A stretch of DNA of 64,000 nt from an uncultured virus (IMG/VR IMGVR_UViG_3300042566_001492) (taxonomy: Duplodnaviria; Heunggongvirae; Uroviricota; Caudoviricetes). Below are positions 41,011 through 51,258 of the stretch, in pieces. Position 1 is the first letter of the stretch. Each line of letters opens with the position of its first letter. The notes below the pieces were generated by a model, which was not told the DNA's origin, made no database searches, and saw only the letters and a program-made list of their open reading frames with translations. Where the stretch lies: IMG/VR virus record IMGVR_UViG_3300042566_001492; one strand, 5' to 3'. A program made the translations under genes and the position numbers.

Positions 41011-41231
41011 TGAAACTTAACCAATTAAAAAAAGAACAGATAGGGATAATAACTAATATTTTAGATAGTCCAATTTCTATTGTAATATTAGAAAGAGGAT
41101 TCTATGTAGGTCAGAAAATAAAATTATATCAATCAGATATCTTTGATAGTGTTAAGATATTTGATATTGGAACTTTATTCATGTTAAGAAAAGAAGAGGC
41201 TGAATTAGTTGAAATTGAATTACTTAACTGA
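41010..41231 (+). CDS. FeoA-domain protein
   Basis: MKLNQLK..Q.GII...LERGF..G..I...LRKEEAE.V.I. Confidence 0.75.
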   Translation: MKLNQLKKEQIGIITNILDSPISIVILERGFYVGQKIKLYQSDIFDSVKIFDIGTLFMLRKEEAELVEIELLN

Positions 41232-41342
41232 TTCAGATTTCATTTTAGCAATTACTTCTTCGTTGTTAGCTATTCTTTTAAGATTCTTAACTAAATTTCT
41301 TCTGTTTCTTTTTGGTTTACCTTCTTTTCTTGCCTTTGCCAT
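41220..41342 (-). CDS. 40-aa highly basic peptide
   Basis: MAKARKEGKPKRNRRNLVKNLKRI...; TAATATATA at 41365-41373. Confidence 0.55.
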   Translation of the reverse strand: MAKARKEGKPKRNRRNLVKNLKRIANNEEVIAKMKSESVK

Positions 41343-41449
41343 AGTGATTAACATTATTTTAGAATATATATTAAAATAATTTATAAAATGCTTGTCAATC
41401 AAAAAAACTTTTGTATATTTGTATAAATAAATAAATAATCACTACAGAC

Positions 41450-41809
41450 ATGAAAACAGTAATCTTAAAAGGTCAAGAAATCAAAATCGGTTCACAAGTA
41501 CGTTTTGTTAACGATAGAGATCTTTATGTTGATGTTAAAGACATCGTTAAACCAGTTGTTGGTCAAGTATACACAGTTCGTGGTTTTACTGACTTAAATG
41601 GTTTTCTTCTTGAAGAAGTTAAGAATATCAACTTCGAGTGGACTGACGATAATGGTGACGTTGAGTCTGTTTCTGAGCCAGGATTTGCAATTTGGAGATT
41701 TGAGCCAGCTACACCACTTGGACAAATGTCAATTGATGAAAAAGCATTGGCTGATGAGTTCTCAAAAATCCTTGAGCAAGTATCAAAGACTATCAAAGTA
41801 ACTCAATAA
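41450..41809 (+). CDS. Hypothetical protein
   Basis: Follows CTTG-N19-TATATTTG (41391-41421). Confidence 0.65.
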   Translation: MKTVILKGQEIKIGSQVRFVNDRDLYVDVKDIVKPVVGQVYTVRGFTDLNGFLLEEVKNINFEWTDDNGDVESVSEPGFAIWRFEPATPLGQMSIDEKALADEFSKILEQVSKTIKVTQ

Positions 41810-41816
41810 TACATTT

Positions 41817-42083
41817 ATGAAAAATATTTTATTATTACTTTTCTTAAGTATCACTCTTTTTAGTTGTAAAGTCTACAAAGAAACATATGTGTTGGAAAAA
41901 TATCCAATAGAGTGGTATGATGAAATTGTAATTCCAAGTGAGCATTTCCACTACAAAGATGATTCTAGTAGTTGGAAATGCTTTTACTATGAATCAGATA
42001 CGGTTTGTTGGCATTATGTGGACACTATACAAGTATGTACTCTGATAAAAGTAGAAAAAGTTAAAAGGTATACAATAAGATGA
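41817..42083 (+). CDS. Putative lipoprotein
   Basis: Lipobox-like TLFSC after a hydrophobic signal. Confidence 0.6.
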   Translation: MKNILLLLFLSITLFSCKVYKETYVLEKYPIEWYDEIVIPSEHFHYKDDSSSWKCFYYESDTVCWHYVDTIQVCTLIKVEKVKRYTIR

Positions 42084-42400
42084 AAATGTATGAACTAGTA
42101 GGAAAAGATTTTAGAAAGACTAATGATATCCAAAAATCAAAGTCTACTAGTTTATTTTTCACATTATATGGTGAAGTTTCAGTATCAACAGTCTTTTTGG
42201 GATGGGACCATTCTTTTGACTCAGAACCAATATTGTTTGAGACTATGGTATTTGGTGGTGTCTATAATGAATATCAAATAAGATATCACACTTATGACGA
42301 TGCTGAATTAGGACATGAAGATGTCTGTAAAATGATTTCTGATGATCCTATAGTAATGGAATTCACGAGAAATCAAAAACTTGGAAATTTACTCAAATGA
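42080..42400 (+). CDS. Conserved phage-type protein (VSTVFLG.DH...LFETMVFG) with C-terminal TRNQKLGNLLK motif
   Basis: ORF; C-terminal motif. Confidence 0.65.
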   Translation: MKMYELVGKDFRKTNDIQKSKSTSLFFTLYGEVSVSTVFLGWDHSFDSEPILFETMVFGGVYNEYQIRYHTYDDAELGHEDVCKMISDDPIVMEFTRNQKLGNLLK

Positions 42401-42910
42401 TTCTTTAGTGAACTGCTTGTCAATATCAGGCAATCCTTCCTTAAATTCTTTAGCCCATTTAGATTGACCTAATAAATATTTAATGAATTTTTCTTGGTGT
42501 TCTTCATCAACATAACCATAAATAACTTTATCACTACTAGCCGATCCAACTCTCACAAATTTATCTTTCTTTAGTTTGAATGACATTTCAATAGGTTGTT
42601 TCAATAATTCACTTTCTAACTTAAAAACCATTGATGTGCTATCAGCAAATAATTTACTGAAGAATCCCTTTTTCTCTTCAGCAAGAAATACTTCACAATC
42701 GACTAATTTACAGTTATAACTACCCCATTTTTTCATAATAGGATTAACGAGACCATTACAAAGGAATTCATCTGGTTTATCTGAAGCCTTTTCTTCTGTA
42801 GGTTTTTTTGACTTATACTGACCACCAGCTATAGCACCCATTGATCCTGGTACCATTTCATTAACCTTATATGATTCGAATGTTTTGATATATCTCACCT
42901 TTAATTTCAA
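42389..42910 (-). CDS. Leader-tagged hypothetical protein
   Basis: VRYIKTFESY; TAATATATA at 42918-42926. Confidence 0.7.
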   Translation of the reverse strand: MKLKVRYIKTFESYKVNEMVPGSMGAIAGGQYKSKKPTEEKASDKPDEFLCNGLVNPIMKKWGSYNCKLVDCEVFLAEEKKGFFSKLFADSTSMVFKLESELLKQPIEMSFKLKKDKFVRVGSASSDKVIYGYVDEEHQEKFIKYLLGQSKWAKEFKEGLPDIDKQFTKESFE

Positions 42911-42933
42911 TTTTTTTTATATATTAAAAAAAA

Positions 42934-43152
42934 TTAAAAATTTTCCCACCAAACTAAATATTTAATTGAATCATTGTTTGGATTGTCTACTATTAAAAGA
43001 TGTTCTGCATCACTTGGTGGAGTTTTACCGATTAAAAATTTGTAAAGATTTGAAGACTCGATATATTCAACTTTTCTTACTATTCGATTATTATCTATTT
43101 TATCACCTACTTTTGGATAGTTAGTGTCTTCTAAATGATTATACTTACTCAT
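42934..43152 (-). CDS. Hypothetical protein
   Basis: 72-aa ORF within an operon. Confidence 0.5.
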   Translation of the reverse strand: MSKYNHLEDTNYPKVGDKIDNNRIVRKVEYIESSNLYKFLIGKTPPSDAEHLLIVDNPNNDSIKYLVWWENF

Positions 43153-43496
43153 TTTACTATCTGTTTTATTTTTTTATTTCTAATTATTATTTTCCAGTCT
43201 TCTTCTGATATAACTTCTCTACTTATTGATGAGTAGAATCGATTTTTACAACATTCACAATAAAATTGATTGTTAACGAATCTATCTGGCCTGAAATCTG
43301 AGATGTACTTACCATAATTGCACTTTCTACAAACACCATTATTCCACAAAATTGTGTTTATATAGTTTATTGGTTTTAGAAGTAAAGTGATTAAAAAATG
43401 TATTACAATTATAAAAAATAGTCTTATATAATTAGTAATATTTTTTAGATTTATTTCCAGAGAACTTGAACGAGTAGAATTCCTGCGGCTAAACAT
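43149..43496 (-). CDS. Zinc-ribbon membrane protein with C-terminal IRNKKIKQIVK motif (start uncertain)
   Basis: CRKC...CECC; C-terminal motif. Confidence 0.55.
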   Translation of the reverse strand: MFSRRNSTRSSSLEINLKNITNYIRLFFIIVIHFLITLLLKPINYINTILWNNGVCRKCNYGKYISDFRPDRFVNNQFYCECCKNRFYSSISREVISEEDWKIIIRNKKIKQIVK

Positions 43497-43792
43497 AAAC
43501 TTACAATAGTTTTTGTCGTGAGTGTTTCACTCATGATGAAATGCGAAAGAACTGCAAAAACAATTGCACCAACCGCGAATCCGATTAGCCTACCAGGCCA
43601 AACTTGACCATCAAACGCCATAGAACAATACTTTGTAAAATAAATTAAAAGTATAGAAATAGGAATACCTGTTAGTGACATCAATAAAGGATGTTCTCTT
43701 GCCCAACTCCAAAAGAATTGACCTTGTGTTTGTAGATATGCTAATATCTGAGCAAACACAATTGTAACCAATGATATTATGAAATTCCTCAT
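43451..43792 (-). CDS. Four-TM SMR/EamA-like small membrane protein
   Basis: Four hydrophobic helices in 113 aa. Confidence 0.6.
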   Translation of the reverse strand: MRNFIISLVTIVFAQILAYLQTQGQFFWSWAREHPLLMSLTGIPISILLIYFTKYCSMAFDGQVWPGRLIGFAVGAIVFAVLSHFIMSETLTTKTIVSLCLAAGILLVQVLWK

Positions 43793-43960
43793 CTTTTATA
43801 ATTCAGTTAAAATCTTTTTTATTTTTTTCTTTATTATCTTCAGATTTAAGGTAAAAGTAAGTCATAAATACACCTAATACTATCGAAACTGGTAAAATAA
43901 TATACCAATAATTCAATAACAAAAAGTTAGATATATCAATCATTTCATAAATAAATTCCA

Positions 43961-44392
43961 TCATATTCCTAAATTTTTAATTTTTTTATTTCTATTAAAC
44001 TCTATAATCTCAGACTTAAAGTTTTCATCGTATCCAGTCATGCTATGAGACAAATCAGACTTGGTTATAATTCCTTTACTGTTTACTTCAATCCAATCAC
44101 AGGTCCAGGTAGTTTTATTTATTCTACTTCTCACCTTAACAAATACTTTATAACAATCTTTAGAAACTTTAGATGTTGTGAAAAATCCAATCAGTGTTAT
44201 TCGCCAATGTGAAGGAACTAATTTTTTTAATGACCTATAAGTTCTTAAAAATAATATAATTCTATGGATTGGAAAAACTTTAGTTTGTGAATAAAGAACA
44301 CCAGACACGATTAAAAACATAAGTATAAACAAAGGAACGTATCCAGTGAGTACAAAACCTACATTACTACCTTGTGAATAAAAATCTATCAT
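43961..44392 (-). CDS. Membrane protein with C-terminal NRNKKIKNLGI motif
   Basis: N-terminal TM; C-terminal motif. Confidence 0.6.
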   Translation of the reverse strand: MIDFYSQGSNVGFVLTGYVPLFILMFLIVSGVLYSQTKVFPIHRIILFLRTYRSLKKLVPSHWRITLIGFFTTSKVSKDCYKVFVKVRSRINKTTWTCDWIEVNSKGIITKSDLSHSMTGYDENFKSEIIEFNRNKKIKNLGI

Positions 44393-44452
44393 GTCTTATA
44401 GGTTTATTAATTAATTAACAAATAGTTTATTTTTATTTTGATCAAATCACTT

Positions 44453-45154
44453 CTATAAGTGACACAACCAAGCTTGTAAATTAAATCTTCTATTTATCCA
44501 CTCAGTATTTTCATCCATAGTAATTTCAGTAACAGAATGATAAACATCTGATGGGAAAATAACTAATCTGTTGTTTTTAGATTCTATACTAACAATCTTT
44601 CCATCCTTCATAAAAAGTTGTTCACCTCCTGATATTAAACTTTCATCTTTTAGTAGAGTTAGTGCAAATGTAAAGGTGGTTTGTTTGTCAACTGGAAAAC
44701 CAGCCCAACTCATACCAGAAACATTACTGTCTTGATGCCAGTTGTAATATCCACCGTTTTTATAATTAATTAGATGATAAAGACAGTTATAATTATATTT
44801 TGAGTAACAATTTAATTCAGGACTTTTACAATGTCTGAGAAATTCTCTAATACCGGTGTGATAAAAATATTGATATAAATTTATAATAGAATCTCCGATA
44901 TGTTCGTTTTTATCATCTTCTTCCAACTCAAATGGTAACCATAAATCCTCTCCGGTACAATTATGACTTATCTTTTCTTGAACCTCATCTGGAGTACCAA
45001 CTCCTGTTTTCCATCTAGACTTTCCGAAAAATGGTTTTAGATTTTCAATATCTGAAAAAAGACTTTCAATATAGTCTTTTGGAAGAAAGTTATCTATGAC
45101 AACAACTGGTACTTCTTCTAATTCTACTGGTATATACATACTACTTATATACAA
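44453..45154 (-). CDS. 2OG-Fe(II) oxygenase (prolyl-4-hydroxylase-like)
   Basis: VIDNFL, YNWHQD (HxD), GGE, LVIFPS..YHSV, RFN. Confidence 0.88.
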   Translation of the reverse strand: MYISSMYIPVELEEVPVVVIDNFLPKDYIESLFSDIENLKPFFGKSRWKTGVGTPDEVQEKISHNCTGEDLWLPFELEEDDKNEHIGDSIINLYQYFYHTGIREFLRHCKSPELNCYSKYNYNCLYHLINYKNGGYYNWHQDSNVSGMSWAGFPVDKQTTFTFALTLLKDESLISGGEQLFMKDGKIVSIESKNNRLVIFPSDVYHSVTEITMDENTEWINRRFNLQAWLCHL

Positions 45155-45276
45155 TATGAATTATAATGTTTACAAAACAATTTTTTTAGAGTTATCAACA
45201 TTCGTTGGTAGTTATTAACATGTAGACAACCTTTCGATTACAAAACCGTATCTTTGTTAAATAAAATCTCAATATT

Positions 45277-45519
45277 ATGGTAAATCAAGTTTTTTTCTGG
45301 CTAATGTTTTATTTAGTCTACTCGTTCAATCTTCAAGTTTTAACCGCTATGATTAAAGACGGTTATTTTAATCATCGATTCTGGACACGGTCAATGCGTT
45401 CAGTTTTTATGGTTCCACCATTTGCTTTAGTTGTAGCTGGTCTAATCTTTTTAGTCTATAGCTTAAAGGAAAATTTTAAGAATTTTCTTTTTGTTATGGA
45501 GAAAAGATCCGAAGATTAA
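45277..45519 (+). CDS. Small membrane protein
   Basis: Follows TATCTTTG (45249-45256); followed by a terminator. Confidence 0.6.
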   Translation: MVNQVFFWLMFYLVYSFNLQVLTAMIKDGYFNHRFWTRSMRSVFMVPPFALVVAGLIFLVYSLKENFKNFLFVMEKRSED

Positions 45520-45526
45520 TTAAACT

Positions 45527-45556
45527 TTAAGTGGGGTAAAACCCACTTAATTTTTT
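45527..45556 (+). terminator. Rho-independent terminator
   Basis: ttaagtggg...cccacttaa followed by a T run. Confidence 0.75.
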
Positions 45557-45661
45557 ATTTTAGAGAATAATTGTTATATTTGTATAAATTCTAACTAATG
45601 GGTATATTAATTCTTCTTCTTTTATTTTTCGGTTTTATTGTAAGTCTTTATATAGCCATAC

Positions 45662-45958
45662 TTGAAGAAAAACATAGAAGACGTGAATAATAAAATTTTA
45701 CATTATATTCAAGGTAATGTCAGATACTTAACTGACCAGTATAATCTATTACCTAATCACTTAAAAGAACAAGTTAGATATAGAGCATCAATCTGCAAAG
45801 AAAGTTGTTTACAATATGGTAAATGTCAAAGATGTGGATGTGATTTACCAGGTAAACTATATGTTACTGAATCGTGTAATCGAGGAGAAAAATTTCCTAA
45901 CTTAATGAGTTTAGATGAATGGGAAGTTTATAAAAGAGATAATGATATTAGTCTGTAA
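45662..45958 (+). CDS. Cys-rich hypothetical protein
   Basis: CKESC...CQRCGC...C. Confidence 0.6.
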   Translation: MKKNIEDVNNKILHYIQGNVRYLTDQYNLLPNHLKEQVRYRASICKESCLQYGKCQRCGCDLPGKLYVTESCNRGEKFPNLMSLDEWEVYKRDNDISL

Positions 45959-46676
45959 TTCTATCTTCAGCTAATTGACAGTAATTATCAGTTATATCAT
46001 AACCAATAAATCTTCTACCTAATTTATTTGCGACTGAAGTTGTTGTACCGCTACCATTAAACGGATCTAAAACAACAGCACCAATATATGAGTGCATCTT
46101 AATACATCTTTTTACTAACTCCTCTGGGAATGGAGCTGGATGATTTCTTTTTTTAGCACTCTCAGGTGCCATAACCCAAAGACCATTTGTCCACTGAACA
46201 AACTCTTCTTTAGTTAAATCAGTTTCACCTTTTTCTACTATCTTAGGACTACCTTTGTGGAAGTTGATAATCATCTCAAATGGTGGTGATATTCTTGGAT
46301 TTGATGGACTTTTCCAACTACCCCAAGCGGTTCTTTTAGGAATTGTATTTTTATTCCATATAATAAATTCTCTGAAGGTAAAACCGGACTTCTTAAATAA
46401 CTCCGTAAATGTAGAATAAGTAGGTTCATTTAAGTTAGATTGAAAGCAACCAATTTGTAAACAAAATCTACCTCCATTTTTTAACACTCTAAAACTCTCA
46501 TCAATCCATTCTTTACACCAATCATAGTAATTTGATAAATCCATTGAGTCATTGTGTTCAGCGTATTGAATACTTAGATTATATGGTGGTGATGTGACAA
46601 TTAGATCAACGGAATTAGAGGGTAATTTTTTCATACCCTCTATACAATCCTCGTTATAAATTTTATTTACCTCCAT
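45948..46676 (-). CDS. Site-specific DNA methyltransferase (N4-C/N6-A, beta class), orphan
   Basis: DLIVTSPPY, HPAPFP, VLDPFNGSGTT; no adjacent restriction endonuclease. Confidence 0.93.
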   Translation of the reverse strand: MEVNKIYNEDCIEGMKKLPSNSVDLIVTSPPYNLSIQYAEHNDSMDLSNYYDWCKEWIDESFRVLKNGGRFCLQIGCFQSNLNEPTYSTFTELFKKSGFTFREFIIWNKNTIPKRTAWGSWKSPSNPRISPPFEMIINFHKGSPKIVEKGETDLTKEEFVQWTNGLWVMAPESAKKRNHPAPFPEELVKRCIKMHSYIGAVVLDPFNGSGTTTSVANKLGRRFIGYDITDNYCQLAEDRITD

Positions 46677-47443
46677 TAGAAAGGATAACAATTTTCAATC
46701 ATAGTGAATTTCTTATTTGCAATTCTTTTAACTTTGGATATTGGAAACTCAAAGTCTTCTGTATCAATTGCTTCTTCACAAGAGTAGTACATTGACTCCT
46801 GACGTTCTGAGATATAATCCCATTTACCTTGTCTTTTCCAATCCTCAAATAACTCTCTTAACTCTTCTTCATCCATTTCCTCAACTTCTTCCGACTTCGT
46901 ATAGGAATCCTCAGTGATTTGATCTAAAATCCATACTTTTACCTCATCAATATCTTCTTCTCCGGTGATTTCGTATGCTGGGTCAGAAATGTCTTCATCA
47001 TCTAAATTCTCTTCGTCTTCAGTATAAACACCATTCCAGATAACCGCTGTTCCACATTGAGTTTCTGTTTCATCATACCACTTACAAGTCAATCTAACAT
47101 CATCAAACTCATCAACACAAAGTGAATAAAGTTTAATTAAAAATCCATCAGAGATATAAGAAGGTGATTCAATTCTAATAGTATCATCTATACCAACAGT
47201 AATCCATTTAGTACCAACATTATCATAAAGCCATCCGTGCATCACACCACTATCAGTGATTGGATATTGAGTTTCACCACCGTTGTAAGGTCTGTTAAGT
47301 TCTTCTTCAGTGTAAAATGTTTTAACAACTTGTGTTGTTTCTTTACCATATTCTGCGCGAGGCATGGATTCAATCATATCACAGATTTTGTCCATAGCTT
47401 CTTCGGGTTCAATAGTAACTTGAGAGTAAATAAAATTTGCCAT
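46676..47443 (-). CDS. DUF1281/YubB-like acidic protein (divergent paralogue)
   Basis: MANFIYSQV, W.YDNVGTKW; very acidic C-terminal half. Confidence 0.55.
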   Translation of the reverse strand: MANFIYSQVTIEPEEAMDKICDMIESMPRAEYGKETTQVVKTFYTEEELNRPYNGGETQYPITDSGVMHGWLYDNVGTKWITVGIDDTIRIESPSYISDGFLIKLYSLCVDEFDDVRLTCKWYDETETQCGTAVIWNGVYTEDEENLDDEDISDPAYEITGEEDIDEVKVWILDQITEDSYTKSEEVEEMDEEELRELFEDWKRQGKWDYISERQESMYYSCEEAIDTEDFEFPISKVKRIANKKFTMIENCYPF

Positions 47444-47499
47444 AATTATAATTTTTTTTAAGATATAAATATCATATCACTGATTGGGTAAAAGTTTAA

Positions 47500-48111
47500 T
47501 TATAGATTAATTAAACTATCTAAATTTTTACCAATTACTTTATAGATAGGTTTGTTACCATGTGGTTCAATATTACCAATTGGTGGTTCAACAATTATTA
47601 CACCTAAATCTTTGTATTTTTGATAATAAGTTCTAACCTCAGATTCTTTTATGTTTTTTAATCCACCCCATCCCCAAGACCCTTGAACAGCATAAACTGT
47701 AGCATTTGGAAACTTTTCTTTTACTAATGAAATAAGAGTTGAGACATCATCATTAATAAATTTACCAAATCCACCGTTTGTTCCAATAGAAAGAATAATA
47801 CTACTAACTTCATTGTTTACTTTATACTTCTTAAGTGCTCCAATTAACCAAGAAACAGTTCTACCACCAAGCCATAAAGAAGATTCACTACCAGTAGTTG
47901 ATAATAACTTTGCTTTTTCAGAAGCATTTGCTATATAAGGAGATTGTGAGTCACCTATTACGATATGAAGTGAATCTATTTCTGGAACTTGTACTTTTGG
48001 TTCTTCTTTTTTATTTAATACTACATTAAAATCATTATAATCACTAGTATTTTTGTTACTTATACTAGTTGATAAAAAAAGAACTGAAACAAATAAAACG
48101 AAATTTTTCAT
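47500..48111 (-). CDS. Secreted SGNH/GDSL hydrolase-like protein
   Basis: Signal peptide; IGDSQS, SIGTN, terminal PH. Confidence 0.6.
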   Translation of the reverse strand: MKNFVLFVSVLFLSTSISNKNTSDYNDFNVVLNKKEEPKVQVPEIDSLHIVIGDSQSPYIANASEKAKLLSTTGSESSLWLGGRTVSWLIGALKKYKVNNEVSSIILSIGTNGGFGKFINDDVSTLISLVKEKFPNATVYAVQGSWGWGGLKNIKESEVRTYYQKYKDLGVIIVEPPIGNIEPHGNKPIYKVIGKNLDSLINL

Positions 48112-49379
48112 TATAACACAGGTATTACCAGTTTATCAATTGCTGATTTGATTGAAATTAAAATCGAATAGATATCTTCTTCCTTTAATGTACCAACTGA
48201 TACTCTAAACCAATTAGAATCCTCAGATGCTCCAAAAGCATAAAAAGGAACTATTGCGATTGATGCCTCATCAAGAAGATACTTTGTAATGTCTCTAACA
48301 GATTTTATTTCTTCTCCTGATTTAGTTTTATAACCCATCAAATCAAATTGAACTGTTAAATAAATTGCCGCTTCGGGTTTAATAACATCAATGGGATATC
48401 CATCCGACTTTAAGTCATTAATACCAGAATATAAAGTAAATAGTCTGTGGCTGATTTTATCTCTTTGTTTAATAAGAAAATTAGAATATGATTTTGAGTT
48501 ATTCAGAAAGTTAGCTGTTGCTATTTGTTCAGCCTTTGGTGCCCATGCCCCAACGTGAGTTAAAATAGATTTCATTTTATTAATAACTACTTTAGGACCA
48601 AAAGACCAACCAACTCTCACACCAGTAGCTGAAAGAGATTTAGAAATTCCATCGACAAAAATAGTCCATTGTTTCATTTCGGGTCTTAAAGTAACTGGAT
48701 TGTAGTGAACTGTTTTACCTAATGTAAGTTCCCAATAAATCTGGTCATACATTAAATAAACCGGTTTGGAATCACCTCTTCTTTTATTTTCTTCAATTAT
48801 TAAATCACAAATTTCTAAAAGAGACTCTTTTGTAAAAGTTGTACCAGTTGGATTTTGTGGAGAACAAAGTGCTATCAGAGACAATTCTGAGATATGTGGC
48901 TTAATATCATCCGCTGTTGGTAAAAAATTATTTTCCGGTGTTGTCTCAACAATAACTTGTTGAGCTTGATTAAGATAAGTATAGTGATTATTGTTCCAAG
49001 ATGGTGTCGCGAAAAATACTTTATCACCAGCATCTACAATAGCTCTAAATATAGAATAGATGATAGGACGAGCTCCACCCGCAATTAAAACTTCATCAGT
49101 TGAATAATCTAATTCACCTCTTTCTTTAAGTAGACTACAAACTGATTCTCTTAGCTCAAGTACACCTTCAGATGGTGGGTAGTTAGTTTGGTCATTTAAA
49201 ATCTGATTAACAATTTCAGACTTTAAGTCATCAGGAATCGGAAAGATTTTTGGATCAAAATCACCAACTGTTAGGTTGTAAACTTTTTCACCACGTTTAA
49301 TCTTTTGATTGACTTCGGCCGCAATCTTCAGGATCTCTGAGCCGATAATATTTTCTGCTAATTTAGATACATTTCTCAT
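48111..49379 (-). CDS. PLP-dependent aminotransferase class I/II (aspartate aminotransferase-like)
   Basis: SPQNPTG, YDQIY, GISKSLSATGVRVGW, WFRVS. Confidence 0.93.
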   Translation of the reverse strand: MRNVSKLAENIIGSEILKIAAEVNQKIKRGEKVYNLTVGDFDPKIFPIPDDLKSEIVNQILNDQTNYPPSEGVLELRESVCSLLKERGELDYSTDEVLIAGGARPIIYSIFRAIVDAGDKVFFATPSWNNNHYTYLNQAQQVIVETTPENNFLPTADDIKPHISELSLIALCSPQNPTGTTFTKESLLEICDLIIEENKRRGDSKPVYLMYDQIYWELTLGKTVHYNPVTLRPEMKQWTIFVDGISKSLSATGVRVGWSFGPKVVINKMKSILTHVGAWAPKAEQIATANFLNNSKSYSNFLIKQRDKISHRLFTLYSGINDLKSDGYPIDVIKPEAAIYLTVQFDLMGYKTKSGEEIKSVRDITKYLLDEASIAIVPFYAFGASEDSNWFRVSVGTLKEEDIYSILISIKSAIDKLVIPVL

Positions 49380-49429
49380 CAGATATTATACTCATTTTTT
49401 TGTTGAGGTTGACATTTAATATATAACTT

Positions 49430-50005
49430 ATGAAATATTTACAAACATATAAGCTATTTGAGGACTTAGATAATTCTACACAAGTATCTATTGATCAATT
49501 CTTAGAAAAAATAAGAATTCCTGAATTTAAGAGACCTGAAATTATTAGTTGGTGGAATCAAAATAGAACTGATTTTGTTATTCATTATTTTGACTTTTCT
49601 TCTCCCCAACCAATTGCTGGTGTGTTTTTAGGTGAGAATATTATCGCTATCAATTCAAGACTACCAATGCCACCACACATTAAATTATTTTTAGCTTTAC
49701 ATGAGTCTAGACACTGTGATCAACACAGAGAAGGTCGTTTTATGGAAGGTTATTATAATACTGTTGTAAATGGTGATAAAGAATCATTTTTACAAACATA
49801 TATGGACTCAGAAAGAGATGCCAATGACTTCGCCATTCAATCAATGAGAGAGTGTGGATTTGATTCAGAAATGAATTTTGAAGAGATGAGACTTAGAGGA
49901 AATGAAAGAGCTGGTGATATGGTTTATAGAATGATGTCTAATGATATTCAGAGATTGAATCCAGTTGACTTCTTTGATTTACTTAAAAAACAAATTGGTG
50001 TGTGA
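49430..50005 (+). CDS. Leader-tagged putative zinc metallopeptidase (HExxH)
   Basis: MKYLQTYKLFE; ALHESRHCDQ...ERDANDFA; TAATATATA 4 nt upstream. Confidence 0.7.
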   Translation: MKYLQTYKLFEDLDNSTQVSIDQFLEKIRIPEFKRPEIISWWNQNRTDFVIHYFDFSSPQPIAGVFLGENIIAINSRLPMPPHIKLFLALHESRHCDQHREGRFMEGYYNTVVNGDKESFLQTYMDSERDANDFAIQSMRECGFDSEMNFEEMRLRGNERAGDMVYRMMSNDIQRLNPVDFFDLLKKQIGV

Positions 50006-50454
50006 GATATTTACAAACATATAAATTATTTGAGAATAGTGGTAATACATCATTTGATTGGTTAGTAAGACAGAATAATGAAAACTATCTACAACTACTT
50101 GACTTAGTTCAATCAGAAATACTTGATGATCTTAATATAATACCTAAAACAGATGAAACATTCTCAATGGGTTACGACTCAGAAGGCTATCCAGAACACA
50201 AATTCTGGACATTTAGATTTAAAAATCAACCCAATTCAGATGATGATACATCTGAATTTATACCAGATAAAGAAATTGATTGTATTATAATATTTAATAT
50301 AACACCAGATGAGACAGGTGATGTTCTTTCTAAATTAGAAGATTGTAAGAAAAGAATAGAGACACATACTGGTAAAAAATTGTCTATTGAAGAGGAACCA
50401 AGTGGACCAACAGAGTCTCCAGAATTCTACGACTATGTACTTAAATTGAAATAA
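50002..50454 (+). CDS. Leader-tagged acidic hypothetical protein
   Basis: MRYLQTYKLFE. Confidence 0.7.
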   Translation: MRYLQTYKLFENSGNTSFDWLVRQNNENYLQLLDLVQSEILDDLNIIPKTDETFSMGYDSEGYPEHKFWTFRFKNQPNSDDDTSEFIPDKEIDCIIIFNITPDETGDVLSKLEDCKKRIETHTGKKLSIEEEPSGPTESPEFYDYVLKLK

Positions 50455-50726
50455 TGAGAATTAAAAGATATAAAATATTTGAGTCTACGAATACAAACTG
50501 GAACGAAGTAGATGGAAAACTAGAAAGAAATTTTGAGTTTGAGGACTTTTTACATGCACTTGATTTCATAAATAATATATCTACTATTTGTGAAAGTGAA
50601 AATCATCATCCAGAAATTAATTGGATATATAATAAAATCACGATAAAACTTTCAACTCACGATGCTGGTGATATTATTACTGAAAAAGACATAAAATTAG
50701 CCAATTTAATTGATGAAATATATTAA
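50454..50726 (+). CDS. Pterin-4a-carbinolamine dehydratase (PhhB/PCD) fused to the leader
   Basis: LERNFEFEDF..ALDFIN...ENHHPEI...LSTHDAG..ITEKDI.LA; leader MRIKRYKIFES. Confidence 0.9.
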   Translation: MRIKRYKIFESTNTNWNEVDGKLERNFEFEDFLHALDFINNISTICESENHHPEINWIYNKITIKLSTHDAGDIITEKDIKLANLIDEIY

Positions 50727-51222
50727 ATCATATAAAATATTTGAGTCTAATATAGATGATATAGAAGACATTATCAAAGACTTATTAGTTGAATTAGAAG
50801 ATGATGGTTTGATGATTTCGATAGATAGAACTCTCAAAGATGTTGAAGATGGTACATTACAGAGAAAAATTAAAAGAAGTGATATCTATCTAGAAGTTTA
50901 TATTAACAGACCTTGGGGTTCTTTAGATAGAGAAATGCCTAACTTACCCATACCACCAAGTGGTAAGTATCCGGGAAATCTTTTCTTTTGGTTTGAGATT
51001 AAAGATGCTATCACTAGACTCACTGAGTGGTATTATTCACAATCAATTTATGACCCAATTGCTAAAAATCCAAACTTATACAGATGGGAGAAAGATGAAT
51101 CACCTTTAAGATTTTTTGGATCTGGTATTGAAATGTGTTTTGGCTTTACCAATACAAAAGACTTTGAGAATGTTGGTGACTTAATATCTTTTAGTAATTT
51201 TAGAATACTAATCAAATTATAA
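50713..51222 (+). CDS. Leader-tagged hypothetical protein
   Basis: MKYIKSYKIFES, followed by IKDLLVELEDDG domain. Confidence 0.7.
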   Translation: MKYIKSYKIFESNIDDIEDIIKDLLVELEDDGLMISIDRTLKDVEDGTLQRKIKRSDIYLEVYINRPWGSLDREMPNLPIPPSGKYPGNLFFWFEIKDAITRLTEWYYSQSIYDPIAKNPNLYRWEKDESPLRFFGSGIEMCFGFTNTKDFENVGDLISFSNFRILIKL

Positions 51223-51258
51223 CCAAAACTTAATCTATTTTTATATTAAAACTAATAT

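Noticed and set aside
45948..46676. Restriction-modification system
   Set aside because: No recognisable endonuclease adjacent; treated as an orphan methyltransferase.
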